A stretch of 64,000 nt of DNA, taken from an uncultured Haloferula sp. GTDB lineage: Bacteria > Verrucomicrobiota > Verrucomicrobiia > Verrucomicrobiales > Akkermansiaceae. The notes below the pieces were generated by a model. That model had not been told where the DNA came from and made no database searches. It worked only from the letters and a program-made list of their open reading frames with translations. A program made the position numbers and the translations under genes. The stretch covers positions 96,001 through 160,000 of the forward strand of contig CBFGTS010000005.1 in assembly GCA_965652295.1 (NCBI GenBank), read 5' to 3'. Shown here in pieces: positions 28,601 through 38,172 of this stretch (position 1 is the first letter of the stretch; the number at the start of each line of letters is the position of its first letter).

Positions 28601-31600
28601 GGCAGCGCGACCGATGCCGATGGCGGCACGCCGACCTACAGCAAGGTCACCGGCCCCGCCTGGCTCAGCGTTGCCAGCGACGGAACCCTCAGCGGCACGC
28701 CGACCAACGACGACGCCGGGGATAACGTGTTTGTCGTTCGCGCAACGGACGCATCCGGAGCAACCGACGATGCCACCTTGCGGATTACCGTTACCAACAC
28801 CAATGACGTTCCCGTTTGGAGCAGCTCGTCCTTCACGACGGCCTCCGTTTCCCGCGGCCAGCCCTACGTCGGCGAAACGCTGGCCGGCATGGCCTCCGAC
28901 GTCGACGCCGGCTCCACCATCACCTACAGCAAGTTCAGCGGCCCGGCATGGCTCGCCGTCGCCGCCGACGGCACGCTTTCCGGCACGCCCGGCGCAGGTG
29001 ACTCCGGCTCGAACGTCTTCACCGTGCGCGTCACCGACGACATCGGCGCCTCGAGCGATGCCACGCTGACGATCGAGGTCTTCCCGTATGAAATGCGGAC
29101 CCACCTCGCCTTCGAAGACAACACCACCGACAGCCTCGGCAACTTCGACGGCACCGCCACCGGCTCGCCCGCCTATCAGGCCGCGCAGTTCGGGCAAGCG
29201 ATCGTCCTCGACGGCAGCGACGACTACGTCGCGCTTCCTGCCGGCGCGGCCAGCTATCACGACATCACCATCGCCACCTGGGTGAACTGGAACGGCGGCG
29301 GCAACTGGCAACGGATCTTCGACTTCGGCAACGACACGTCCCACTACCTGTACCTCACACCGAACAACGGCAGTGGCATGCGCTTCGGCATCAAAAACGG
29401 TGGCGGAGATCAACAGCTCAATACCTCCGCGCTGGCGACCGGACAGTGGGTCCACCTTGCCGTCACCCTCGAAGGCGATACCGGCACGCTCTACGTCAAT
29501 GGCGCCGTCGCCAATACCAACACCGGCATGACCCTCAACCCGGACGATTTCGATCCGACCAAGAACTACATCGGCAAGTCCCAGTTCTCCGACCCGCTGT
29601 TCAACGGCCAAATCGATGACTTCCGCATCTACAACCAGGCCCTGAGCGCCTCGCAGGTCGCCGATCTCGCCGCCGCCGCGAACCCGCCCGCCACGCCGGG
29701 CGGCCTCGGAGCCTCCGCGGTTTCTCCCGTGCAGATCGACCTGAGCTGGAGTGCCGCCCTCGGTGCGGAGACCTACCACGTCAAACGCGCCACGGTCAGC
29801 GGCGGTCCCTACACGACCATCGCCAGCCCCACCGGGACGAGCTTCAGCGACATCGGTCTGAGCGCAAGCACGACCTACTACTATGTGCTTAGTGCTTCGA
29901 ACATTTCGGGCGAGAGCGCCGACTCTGGGGAAACGAATGCCACCACCCTCACCAATCCACCCGCCACGCCAGGCGGCCTCAGCGCCAACGTCGTTTCCGC
30001 CACCCAGATCGACCTGAACTGGAACACGGCCAGCGGTGCCACCAGCTACCACCTGAAGCGCGCTACTACCAGCGGTGGCCCCTACACCACCATCGCGAGC
30101 CCGGCCGGGACCAGCTTCAGCGACATCGGCCTGAGCGCGGACACGACCTACTACTACGTCGTCAGTGCCTCCAATGCCGGCGGCGAAAGTGCCGATTCAT
30201 CGGAAACCAACGCCGTCACGCTGCCCGACCCGCCCACCGCGCCGGACGGGCTCGCCGCCACCGCGATCTCGCCGAGCGAAATCGATCTCACCTGGGATCC
30301 TGTCACCGGAGCCTCCGGCTACAGCGTCAAGCGCGCCGCCAGCAGTGGCGGCCCCTACACGACGCTCGCCACGGACGTCACCGTCACCACCTTCAGCGAC
30401 ACCGGCCTGAGCGAAAGCACCGCCTACTACTACGTCGTTAGTGCTTCGAACACCGGTGGCGAGAGCCCGGACTCGGCGGAGGCGAGTGCCACCACGCCCT
30501 CGAACATCCCTGCGGCTCCGACCGATCTCGTCGCCACCGCCGTTTCCACCAGCGCGATCGACCTGAGCTGGACCGCCTCCAGCGGTGCCGACAGCTACCA
30601 CGTCAAGCGCGCCACCGCCAGCGGCGGTCCCTACACCACCATCGCCAGCCCGACCGGCACCGTCTTCAGCGACACCGGCCTGAGCGAAAGCACGAGCTAC
30701 TACTACGTCGTTAGTGCGGTCAACACGAGCGGTGAAAGCGCCGACTCCACCGAAGCCAGCGCGACGACGGCGGGTTTGCAGGTCCACCTCGCCTTCGATG
30801 AAACCACCGGCACCACCGCCGCCGACTCCGGCCCCGGGGGAGCGTCTCCCGGCACCTTGGTCAACGGACCGACGTGGGCCACCGGCGCGCTCGACAACGC
30901 GGTCGAACTCGACGGCACCGATGACCACGTGACCTTGCCCACAGGCGTCGTCGCCGACCTCAGCGATTTCACCATCGCCACCTGGGTGCGGCTGGACAGC
31001 GTTTCCAACTGGCAGCGCGTCTTCGACTTTGGCACCGGCACCTCGGTGAACATGTTCCTCACCGCCGCCAACGGGTCCACCGGAACACCGCGCTTCGCGA
31101 TCACCACCAGCGGCGGCAGCGGCGAACAACGCATCACGGCCCCCTCTGCGCTGGCGACCGGCAGCTGGGTCCACCTCGCGGTGACGCTGTCCGGCTCCAC
31201 CGGACGGCTCTATGTCGATGGCACGGAAGTCGCCAGCAACACCTCGATGACGCTCGACCCGGCATCGCTCGGCAACACCACGTTGAACTACATCGGAAAG
31301 TCGCAGTATCCCGATCCCTATCTGGACGGCAAAGTCGATGATTTCCGTATCTACGACCATGCACTCAGCACTTTGGAAATCGGAAGCCTGGCGGCGATGC
31401 CCCAAGCTCCCGATGCCCCGACCGGCCTGACCGCGACCGCGATTTCCGCAACGGAGATCGACCTGAGCTGGACCGCCTCCACCGGTGCCGACAGCTACAG
31501 CGTGAAGCGCGCCACCGTCAGCGGTGGACCCTACACGACCCTCGCCAGCCCAACCGGCACCACCTTCAGCGTCACCGGCCTGAGCGACGGCACCACCTAC

Positions 31601-32782
31601 TACTACGTCGTCTCCGCCACCAACCAGTTCGGCGAAAGCGGCGACTCCTCCGAAGCCTCCGCCAGCACGCCCTACGACCTCGGGCCGCTGCCGACGGTCT
31701 GGTCCAGTGGCGACATCGGTGCCGTGTCCGCAACGGGCGTTTCCGGCCACACCGATGGCGTTTACACCGTCGTCGGCTCCGGCGCGGACATCTGGGACGC
31801 GGCTGATGAGTTCCAGTTCGTCCACCAGCCGATCAACGGCGACTGCGATATCCGTGCGCGCGTGGTTTCCATCGACAACACCGACCCATGGGCCAAAGCG
31901 GGCGTGATGATCCGCGAAAGCCTCGCCGCTGATTCAACTCACGCGACCACCGTGGTGTCCTCCAGCAGCGGGATTTCCTTCCAGCGCCGCACCACGACAG
32001 GCGGAAACTCGGCTCACACGACGACCACCGGACTCGCCGCGCCGTATTGGGTTCGCCTGGTCCGCGCCGGCGATCTGTTCACCGCCTACCGCTCCACGGA
32101 CGGCGTGAACTGGACCACGATGGGTTCCGAGACCATCTCCATGACCGCCACCGTCTACGCCGGCCTCGCGGTCACCAGCCACAATGACGGCGTCCTGGCC
32201 GCGGGAACCTTCGACAACGTGTCGATCACCGCCCTGCCCAGCCCGTGGGAAACCGCTGACATCGGTGCCGTGGGAGCCGCTGGCAGCACCACCCAGACGG
32301 ATGGTGAGTTCACCGTCGATGGCTCCGGCTCCGACATCTGGGGCACCTCGGACGAGTTCCGCTACGTTTACCAGACCGCCAGCGGCGATTGCGAGCTGGT
32401 GGCGCGCGTCACTTCGGTCGAAGGCACCCACAACTGGGCCAAGGCAGGCGTGATGATCCGGGAGAGCCTCAACGCCAACTCGCGCCACGCATCGGTCGTG
32501 GTGACTCCGGGCCAAGGCGTCTCCTTCCAGCGCCGCGCGACCACCGGCGGCAGCTCGTCGAGCACCACCAACTCGGGCCTGAGTGCTCCCTACTGGGTCC
32601 GCGTCGTCCGCAGCGGCGATACCCTCACCGCCTATCGCTCCGCCGATGGCTCGAGCTGGACCACCATCGGTTCGCAGACCATCCCGATGAGCGCGAATGT
32701 CTATCTCGGTCTTGCCGTGACCAGCCACAGTGACGGAACGGTCTGCACGGCGACCCTCGAAAGCGTGACGGCCACCCCATAA
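25676..32782 (+). CDS. Giant secreted alginate-lyase-fold (PF05426-like) protein: N-terminal beta domain, lyase, FN3, LamG, 2 cadherin/Ig-like, LamG, 4 FN3, LamG, FN3, 2 DUF1349-like domains
   Basis: FAHPGTLHT..DL.RM, ESGRDQAH, EY.AK.N; three LamG (W.R.FDFG...G..DDFRIY); KRA..SGGPYTT FN3 repeats; GPAWL.VA.DGTLSGTP; two WAKAGVMIRESL domains. Confidence 0.9.
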   Translation: MNKHLCSGSGARRGMPLCGVLSTRRDVSRTQRPGSAGTHGPLAWMIATACLSMASAHETSFSSTMSYSATQPSGGAASVSNWTGAAFDADNIGGSGVNADGGSDNGAANDDFTYVANNRPVQGQSFLTGSATHGYELHSVTARMAGYTNNTASGSNVTSWNLNEHTGPILLTVVEISGTTRSMITRQLFKAGSTGTPGSGTSVNGSGDHITFELPFTTHLKPNTTYGFEIAIGNGSSNHFEWLGTRTDPYADGTAYHYSGDTITPVAGDHVFQADMTALASPPPVFAHPGTLHTQADLDRMKAKVDASEEPWKSSFDTLAASPWAQTGWPAYNVDYIVRGGSGNNYTRSQQDAQAIYELALRWHLTGDTAYADKAVQIANVWSDLVGIQGDTNASLAAGICGYLFASGGELLSTYSGWPEAEKQAYKDMMMRVFYPRNLDFLWRHHDTPFTKGGNSHYRLNWDTANMASVAAIGILCDNHAVYQQAVDYFKYGTGNGRVERAAWYLFPDGTSQTEESGRDQAHNLGGWHAMALLCQMAWNQGEDLFGYDNNRVLRAFEYNAKFNLGNNVPWVFHRNTTLDYTETLTSYLSGIGQYYQYELVHNHYANVKGVAAPWSKLVIDATRPEPRPNPSFHPSQVDWFGLGSLTYARDPIAAGVAPSGLVSNWSKNQVVLNWWGTASATGYEVKRATSAGGPYTTLGTVTGADLNFTDTSVSNGAIYYYIVTANTPSGDLDSQPLEVKQSLVTHYSFEGNANDSVGTRHAAPLGGTTAPGYATGFGGGQAISLNGSDQYVQLPVGSGNYQDITIATWVRWNGGGNWQRIFDFGSEIEKSMFLTPSKGGSMEFAISTSRFFDGTGRLNGPVLPTGQWVHVAVTLNGDTGTLYVNGLPVDAKPIDGVDPLFAQPFCYLGRSMWNNDSHFNGLIDDFRIYNHALSGSEVYTLWGQSSNNPPAFTTDPIDKSAATEDSAYTGQTIAGSATDADGGTPTYSKVTGPAWLSVASDGTLSGTPTNDDAGDNVFVVRATDASGATDDATLRITVTNTNDVPVWSSSSFTTASVSRGQPYVGETLAGMASDVDAGSTITYSKFSGPAWLAVAADGTLSGTPGAGDSGSNVFTVRVTDDIGASSDATLTIEVFPYEMRTHLAFEDNTTDSLGNFDGTATGSPAYQAAQFGQAIVLDGSDDYVALPAGAASYHDITIATWVNWNGGGNWQRIFDFGNDTSHYLYLTPNNGSGMRFGIKNGGGDQQLNTSALATGQWVHLAVTLEGDTGTLYVNGAVANTNTGMTLNPDDFDPTKNYIGKSQFSDPLFNGQIDDFRIYNQALSASQVADLAAAANPPATPGGLGASAVSPVQIDLSWSAALGAETYHVKRATVSGGPYTTIASPTGTSFSDIGLSASTTYYYVLSASNISGESADSGETNATTLTNPPATPGGLSANVVSATQIDLNWNTASGATSYHLKRATTSGGPYTTIASPAGTSFSDIGLSADTTYYYVVSASNAGGESADSSETNAVTLPDPPTAPDGLAATAISPSEIDLTWDPVTGASGYSVKRAASSGGPYTTLATDVTVTTFSDTGLSESTAYYYVVSASNTGGESPDSAEASATTPSNIPAAPTDLVATAVSTSAIDLSWTASSGADSYHVKRATASGGPYTTIASPTGTVFSDTGLSESTSYYYVVSAVNTSGESADSTEASATTAGLQVHLAFDETTGTTAADSGPGGASPGTLVNGPTWATGALDNAVELDGTDDHVTLPTGVVADLSDFTIATWVRLDSVSNWQRVFDFGTGTSVNMFLTAANGSTGTPRFAITTSGGSGEQRITAPSALATGSWVHLAVTLSGSTGRLYVDGTEVASNTSMTLDPASLGNTTLNYIGKSQYPDPYLDGKVDDFRIYDHALSTLEIGSLAAMPQAPDAPTGLTATAISATEIDLSWTASTGADSYSVKRATVSGGPYTTLASPTGTTFSVTGLSDGTTYYYVVSATNQFGESGDSSEASASTPYDLGPLPTVWSSGDIGAVSATGVSGHTDGVYTVVGSGADIWDAADEFQFVHQPINGDCDIRARVVSIDNTDPWAKAGVMIRESLAADSTHATTVVSSSSGISFQRRTTTGGNSAHTTTTGLAAPYWVRLVRAGDLFTAYRSTDGVNWTTMGSETISMTATVYAGLAVTSHNDGVLAAGTFDNVSITALPSPWETADIGAVGAAGSTTQTDGEFTVDGSGSDIWGTSDEFRYVYQTASGDCELVARVTSVEGTHNWAKAGVMIRESLNANSRHASVVVTPGQGVSFQRRATTGGSSSSTTNSGLSAPYWVRVVRSGDTLTAYRSADGSSWTTIGSQTIPMSANVYLGLAVTSHSDGTVCTATLESVTATP
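25850..28500. repeat. Left copy of a long inverted homology (partner ~49300-51960)
   Basis: Perfect tracts checked by hand: 25937-26061 = reverse complement of 51751-51875 (125 bp); 26336-26541 = reverse complement of 51271-51476 (206 bp). Confidence 0.9.
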
Positions 32783-32785
32783 GGC

Positions 32786-33742
32786 ATGCACGGCAAGACC
32801 AGAGGGGGGAAAAGCGCCACCGGTCTGCGGGCGATCCGCAGGCCGGTGGTCACCGCCTGTCTGGTGGGGGCCGTGGCCAGCGTGGTGGCGTTCCTTTTTT
32901 CAAATCAAGAGGTCGATCCATCTTCAGGCATCACGCCGGCACGCGTGCGGCTCCGAGCGGATCCACCCTCTTCCTTGACCCCGCGCCTCGCGGCCATCCG
33001 TGGGGAACCCGATTCGATGGTCCGCGAGGAGCGGATCGAGAACCTCATTGAGAATACGGACCTTTCGCGCATCCCGTCCGCACTGGACGAACTCCGCGAT
33101 GCCGGATCCGATTCCCTGATAACCGAACTGGGATTGCGGTTGCTGCGTCGGTGGGCGGAACGCGATGCCGCCGCGGCAGCGGATTGGGCGTTTTCACTGC
33201 CCGAAGGCGATGGGCGAACGGAAGCCCTGAAACAGGTGGCGATGGCGTGGTGCGGCCGGGATTTGGCCGAAGCTGCGGACTGGGCACGATCGCTGCCCGA
33301 CGAAACGGAGCGCGACACCCAACTTCTGGGAATCGCACACGAAGCGGTGCGCAGCGATCCGATGCAAGCCCTGCAGATCGCCGCGGATCTGCCGGCCGGT
33401 GCCTCGGGCGATGAATTGATACGGCGGGCCGCGATGGAATGGGCGTCCAAGGACGCGGAGGGCGCTGCGAAATGGACGAGCGCCATCGAAGATGCGGTGC
33501 TGCGCGAGCAGGTTGCCTCCGGCGTGGCGCTGGCATGGGGAAACCACGATCCCGCGGCCGCCGCGACCTTTGCGGTGAACGAGCTGTCGGCGGGCCGGTT
33601 GCAGGCCGACACCGTGGTCGGCATCGTTCAGCGTTGGGCTCAGACGGATCATGCCCGAGCTCTCGCCTGGGTGGAGTCATTTCCCCAAGGCACGCTGCGG
33701 CGGGACGCACTGGCGAGTCTGGGCCAGCAGGGCCCGAGGTGA
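32786..33742 (+). CDS. Membrane-anchored helical-repeat hypothetical protein (W...D..AA..W repeats)
   Basis: N-terminal TM segment; repeated WAERDAAAAADWA, WCGRDLAEAADWA, WASKDAEGAAKWT, WAQTDHARALAWV; starts 3 nt after the lyase stop. Confidence 0.75.
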   Translation: MHGKTRGGKSATGLRAIRRPVVTACLVGAVASVVAFLFSNQEVDPSSGITPARVRLRADPPSSLTPRLAAIRGEPDSMVREERIENLIENTDLSRIPSALDELRDAGSDSLITELGLRLLRRWAERDAAAAADWAFSLPEGDGRTEALKQVAMAWCGRDLAEAADWARSLPDETERDTQLLGIAHEAVRSDPMQALQIAADLPAGASGDELIRRAAMEWASKDAEGAAKWTSAIEDAVLREQVASGVALAWGNHDPAAAATFAVNELSAGRLQADTVVGIVQRWAQTDHARALAWVESFPQGTLRRDALASLGQQGPR

Positions 33743-33808
33743 CGCTTTCCCCGGCCGACCGGCAATTCCGCTGTTTCCCGCTTCGGGAATCCCGGTAGCC
33801 TGCTTCAG

Positions 33809-34411
33809 GTGAGCCTTCCCGACTTCCCATCTCCAAGCATCGCGCTCTTCGGCGGCAGCTTCGATCCGGTGCATCTCGGACACCTGGAGATCGCGCGGCG
33901 GGCGGTGGAGCAAATGAAGCTCGACCGGGTGATCTTCCTGCCCTGCCGGCTCTCGCCGCACAAGCTCGGCGCACCGCCACCCGCGCCGGGAGCCGATCGG
34001 CTGGCCATGCTGGAACTCGCCACCGCCGGGCTGCCGTGGGCCAGAGTGGATGACTTCGATCTCGTCCAGCCGCCGCCCTCGTATTCCTATCTCACGGTGG
34101 CGGAAATGCAGCGCCATCACCCCTCCGCGCGGCTGTTCTGGCTGCTGGGCAAGGACCAGTGGGACGCCCTGCCAAGGTGGCGCGAACCCGGGAAGCTCGC
34201 CGCCGCGGTCGAGTTCATCGTCTTTTCCCGTGGAGGTGATCCCGAACCGCGTGCGGGTTGGAAGATGCATCACCTTCCCGGCACGCATCCCGCCTCGGCC
34301 ACCGCGATCCGGCGCGAGTTCGCCGCTGGCCGGGTGCCCGACCACCTCGCTCCCGCGGTGCTGGACTACATCCGTTCCCACGGCCTTTACGATGTGCCCG
34401 GGGTGCCATGA
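33809..34411 (+). CDS. nadD: Nicotinate-nucleotide adenylyltransferase
   Basis: GGSFDPVHLGH, SPHK, PSYS, LLG.D, SATAIR, YIRSHGLY. Confidence 0.93.
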   Translation: MSLPDFPSPSIALFGGSFDPVHLGHLEIARRAVEQMKLDRVIFLPCRLSPHKLGAPPPAPGADRLAMLELATAGLPWARVDDFDLVQPPPSYSYLTVAEMQRHHPSARLFWLLGKDQWDALPRWREPGKLAAAVEFIVFSRGGDPEPRAGWKMHHLPGTHPASATAIRREFAAGRVPDHLAPAVLDYIRSHGLYDVPGVP

Positions 34412-34472
34412 TCCACTGCTTGCGGTTTGGGATCGGCCTGCCTAGCTTGGCCCCAAGCTCAAGCTAATGCCC

Positions 34473-35252
34473 ATGAAACCCCTTTTCCTGCTCGCCCTCC
34501 TGCCGTTGATTTTCCCGCTTCACGCTCAGGAAACCCCGGATACCGCCACCGAGGCCCCTTGGGTTCAGGATTTCACCAACCTGCCCCAGGAAACCCGCAC
34601 CGAGTTCGCCAAGACCCTGGGAAAAGCCCGCGAGTTGTTCGCCCAAAAGCGCATCTTCGAGACCATCGAGAAGCTCGAGGAGGCCAAGGCGATTTTCCCC
34701 GATTCACCCGACGTCGAAAACCTCCTCGGTGCCTGCCAGGTGGAGTTCCGTTCGTTCGATGACGCCATGGAACACTTCCGCCGCGCCGCCGAGCTGAGCC
34801 CGGATTCGCCGAACATCCTGTTCAACATCGGCGAGGTCCAGTTCGTCACCAAGAAGTGGCAGGAAGCCCAGACCACCTTCCAGAAGGTTCTCGATCTGAT
34901 CGGCGAGGACGAAAAGCAGCTCCAGCTCCAGCGCTTGGTGGAGTTCAAGCTGATGCTCTGCCTGCTCCAGCTCGACCGCGTGGAGGAAGCGAAGCAGATG
35001 GCGGAGAAATACGACGCTTTCGACGACTCGCCCTACCCATACTATGCGGAGGCCGCGCTTGAGTTCCATCAGGGCGATGAGCTGGGTGCCGAACTCTCCC
35101 TGCGCCGCGCCCAGCGGATTTTCCGCAGCCCGGAAATGCTCAGCCCCTGGCAGGACACGCTCATGGAATTCGGCTACATCAAGAGCTTCCTCGGGGCCTC
35201 GCTTGAGGAACTGGAAGAGGCCGCTCCCGAGCCGCCGCCGATCAACCGGTGA
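34473..35252 (+). CDS. Secreted tetratricopeptide-repeat protein
   Basis: Signal peptide MKPLFLLALL...LHA; TPR patterns NLLGAC...A..HF..A..LSP and FNIGEV...A...F.KVL.L. Confidence 0.82.
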   Translation: MKPLFLLALLPLIFPLHAQETPDTATEAPWVQDFTNLPQETRTEFAKTLGKARELFAQKRIFETIEKLEEAKAIFPDSPDVENLLGACQVEFRSFDDAMEHFRRAAELSPDSPNILFNIGEVQFVTKKWQEAQTTFQKVLDLIGEDEKQLQLQRLVEFKLMLCLLQLDRVEEAKQMAEKYDAFDDSPYPYYAEAALEFHQGDELGAELSLRRAQRIFRSPEMLSPWQDTLMEFGYIKSFLGASLEELEEAAPEPPPINR

Positions 35253-35259
35253 GCCGCGC

Positions 35260-35694
35260 TCAGCCCGCTTCGACCGTCAGCGGAAAGTCCGTCACGCACT
35301 CCAGCCGAATGCCGTAAAGCCGGGCGATCTCTGGCGCGTCGGAGGCGTGGTAGACGTCGCGGTAGTAGATCTCCTTCACGCCGTAGGCGCAGAGCGTCTG
35401 CATGCAGGCCGTGCAGGGCATGGTGGTGCTGGCCACCAGCTTCACCTCGCCCCGCCGGAACAGGCTGCAGAGGTTGATCTCCGCGTGGAGCATGAATTTC
35501 TGCCGTGCCTCGCGATCGTCCCAGAAACCGGCCGGGGCATCGAATCCCGGCGCGAGCCCGTTGTAGGCGGTGGCGATGACCCGGTTGTCGAAATCCAACG
35601 CCGCCGCGCCGACCTTGCGGTAGGGGTCTTCCGACCGCAGCGAGGCCACGTGCGCGAGCGCCATCGCGTAGCGCGGGATGGAAAGGCGGGACAT
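35260..35694 (-). CDS. dCMP deaminase (ComEB-like zinc deaminase)
   Basis: RSEDP..KVGA, AYNG, HAEIN, PCTAC. Confidence 0.88.
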   Translation of the reverse strand: MSRLSIPRYAMALAHVASLRSEDPYRKVGAAALDFDNRVIATAYNGLAPGFDAPAGFWDDREARQKFMLHAEINLCSLFRRGEVKLVASTTMPCTACMQTLCAYGVKEIYYRDVYHASDAPEIARLYGIRLECVTDFPLTVEAG

Positions 35695-35725
35695 GGCCGA
35701 ATCAATCCCACCCGCCCCGGCAGCG

Positions 35726-36949
35726 TCAACGCTGCGCACGCGGGAGTGCCAGCGCCCGCTCGATCCCGCGGTAGGTTTCCATCCAGATCGGATCGTCATC
35801 GCGGGTGGTTTCCAGCGCCTCGCGAACGATCTCGGGGCCGACGCCCTCGCCCCGCAACCACAGACCATAGGCTGCCAGCGCGGCGGCCCGTTGCAGCCGG
35901 GGTGTCGCCTCGGGATTTTCCACGAGCGGGAGCTTGAAGGCATGGCCGGTGCCATCGACCAGTTCGATCACCCCGAGATCGCCCCGGCCGGAAAACTCGA
36001 TCAGCACGAGCTGCGAGCGCCCCGCAGGGAGCGTTGTCGGCAGGCTCGCATTCGAGCGGACGGCGTAGGAACCCACGACCCTCCGCGGGCGCATTGATAC
36101 CGATCGCATTTCCAAGCCCTCCACCGCTTCCCGCGGCGCGCGCAGAGCCACGCCGACCAGCGTGCGGCGGGCGTCCCATGGGCACGGCATCGAAGCCACA
36201 CCCGCCTCCAGGCGTTCGCCCAAGGGCTGCATCGGCAGCGTCACGATATTGACCATCTCCTCCACCCGCACGGCGTCGCGTGGGGGCAGCTCGTGGCGTT
36301 CCTCGATCCATCGCCGCACCCAAACCGCGCTGCCGGTGCCGGTCACCACCGGCAGCCGGAGCTCGGCGGAATTCGAAAAGCCGGCCAGATCGGTCGTCGC
36401 CGGCAGGGCGGATTTCTCCGGCAAGGGAGCTTGCTGGATCTTTGCCGCCAGCTTGCGGAAGGCATCGCCGCCGCCGGACACGCCGGCCGCCATCCTTGCA
36501 GCGGATGTTTCCCCGCCACCCGCCGCCACCCGGGTCGCCGAGCCTGTCGAAGGACCCGGCGCGGGCAACAGCGCCACCGCGTCGAGCTGCGTGGCATCCG
36601 GCGAACCCGGAGCCACGAAATGCCCGAGCAGGGCCGCGACCAGTATCACCGCCGCCGCCGCCGCGAGCGCCATCGACCACGGACGCCACGGACGCGCCGG
36701 CTCGATCACCTTGGATGCGGCGGCCGCCGTGCCCGCCTTCATCACCGCGCGGCGCTGGCTCGGGCGCAACCTGGCCTCGCCTCCGCTGAACACGTCGCTC
36801 ATCCAGCCGCAGGTGCGCTCGATTTCATCCAGCGTGATGCGCAGCGCCGGATCGCCCGCTACGGCTCGCTCGACCAGGCGCATTCCGGCCTCGTCCAGTT
36901 CACCGAGCGCGTAGGCGGTCAGGCGGGGGTCATCGGGTAGGAGTTTCAT
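35726..36949 (-). CDS. Putative anti-sigma factor with a YfbK/vWF_A-like extracytoplasmic segment
   Basis: N-terminal DDPRLTAYALGEL, one TM helix, LPPRDAVRVEEMVN motif; directly downstream of the ECF sigma gene. Confidence 0.7.
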   Translation of the reverse strand: MKLLPDDPRLTAYALGELDEAGMRLVERAVAGDPALRITLDEIERTCGWMSDVFSGGEARLRPSQRRAVMKAGTAAAASKVIEPARPWRPWSMALAAAAAVILVAALLGHFVAPGSPDATQLDAVALLPAPGPSTGSATRVAAGGGETSAARMAAGVSGGGDAFRKLAAKIQQAPLPEKSALPATTDLAGFSNSAELRLPVVTGTGSAVWVRRWIEERHELPPRDAVRVEEMVNIVTLPMQPLGERLEAGVASMPCPWDARRTLVGVALRAPREAVEGLEMRSVSMRPRRVVGSYAVRSNASLPTTLPAGRSQLVLIEFSGRGDLGVIELVDGTGHAFKLPLVENPEATPRLQRAAALAAYGLWLRGEGVGPEIVREALETTRDDDPIWMETYRGIERALALPRAQR

Positions 36950-36955
36950 GGTGTT

Positions 36956-37549
36956 TCAGTATCCGTCCATCAGGTCGGGCGGCAGGAGCTGGCGGATGCG
37001 TTTGAGGCCGGTGTGGATGAGAAAGCCGATGTTGCCGCTGCTGAGGCCGGTCTCATCGGCGATCTCCTTGTAGCTCTTGCCGTCGCGGAATTTCATCAGG
37101 ATCACGGTTTTCTGGTTGTCGGAAAGCCGGTCGAGGTAGGCGAGCACCTGCTCCATCCGTTCCTCGCGGTCGGCCTCGGCGGCGGGCGAGGTGTCTTCGG
37201 CGAGCATCTGGCTTTCGAGGTCCTCGACGGTCGTCACCCGGCCCTCTTTGCGGAGGACATCGAGCGCGCGGTTGCGGCAGACGGTGTAAAGCCAGCTTTT
37301 CAGGCCCTCCCGCACCTTGGACACGTCCTGCCGGCATAGCCGGATGAAGGTGTCCTGCACCACATCGCGAGCGCGATCGGCGTCCTTCACGATCGTCCGG
37401 GCATAGCCGATCAGCGGCGACTCGTATTCGGCGAGCGCGCGCTCGATGAAGCTTTCGCGGGTTTCGACCATATCGGACGCGCCGTCCGGCGGCGGGGTGT
37501 CATCCGCGGGAACGGGCCGTGCGTCCCGTTTCTTGGGGACTTTGTCCAT
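36956..37549 (-). CDS. ECF RNA polymerase sigma factor
   Basis: ARDVVQDTFIRL, KSWLYTVCRNRALD (region 2); SYKEIADETGLS (region 4); start is 37549 or 37471. Confidence 0.9.
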   Translation of the reverse strand: MDKVPKKRDARPVPADDTPPPDGASDMVETRESFIERALAEYESPLIGYARTIVKDADRARDVVQDTFIRLCRQDVSKVREGLKSWLYTVCRNRALDVLRKEGRVTTVEDLESQMLAEDTSPAAEADREERMEQVLAYLDRLSDNQKTVILMKFRDGKSYKEIADETGLSSGNIGFLIHTGLKRIRQLLPPDLMDGY

Positions 37550-37551
37550 GG

Positions 37552-38172
37552 TCAGCGGACGAAGAAGCTCAGGTGCTCCAGTTCGATGGCCAGATCGACG
37601 TTGTTCACCACCACGGGTTCGGGCACATCCAGCACCACCGGAGAGAAATTCAGGATCCCCGCCACGCCGGCACCCACCAGACGGTTTGCCAGCAGTTGGG
37701 CGATCGGTCCCGGCACGCAGAGGATCGCCAGCCGGACGTTCTCGCGTCGGATGAACTCCTCCAATTCCGCCTCCGGCAAAACCGGCACCTGGACACCGCG
37801 TGCGGCCGCCACCGCGGGATCGGCATCGAAGGCAGCCACGACCTCGAAGCCTTCTTTCTGGAACCCCTGGTAGCGCAGCAAGGCCGAGCCGAGGTTCCCC
37901 GCGCCGACGAGGATCACCGGCTGGAGACGCTCCCGTCCCAGCAAATCGCGGATCATCCCGCCCAGAGCCACCACCGGATAGCCCAGCCCGCGGGTGCCGA
38001 ACTGACCGAAGTAGGCCAGATCCTTGCGCAGTTGCGCAGGCTTCACCCCCGCCGCCTTGGCAAGCGCGGACGAGCTGACGGTTTCCTCGCCAAGCTCCTC
38101 CAGCCGCTTCAGGCAGCGGTGGTAGATCGACAGGCGGTAGATCGCCTTCTTGGGAATATCGATCCGCTCCAT
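37552..38172 (-). CDS. rex: Redox-sensing transcriptional repressor Rex
   Basis: IP..AIYRLSIY, VSS..LA, QLRKDLAYFG.FGTRG.GY, VGAGNLG.AL, GILNFSP. Confidence 0.95.
   Translation of the reverse strand: MERIDIPKKAIYRLSIYHRCLKRLEELGEETVSSSALAKAAGVKPAQLRKDLAYFGQFGTRGLGYPVVALGGMIRDLLGRERLQPVILVGAGNLGSALLRYQGFQKEGFEVVAAFDADPAVAAARGVQVPVLPEAELEEFIRRENVRLAILCVPGPIAQLLANRLVGAGVAGILNFSPVVLDVPEPVVVNNVDLAIELEHLSFFVR

Noticed and set aside
29680..30770. Regular repeats (FN3 array; also the VWA 264-bp units) considered as CRISPR or a mobile element
   Set aside because: They are in-frame protein domain repeats with synonymous variation; no spacers and no cas genes.
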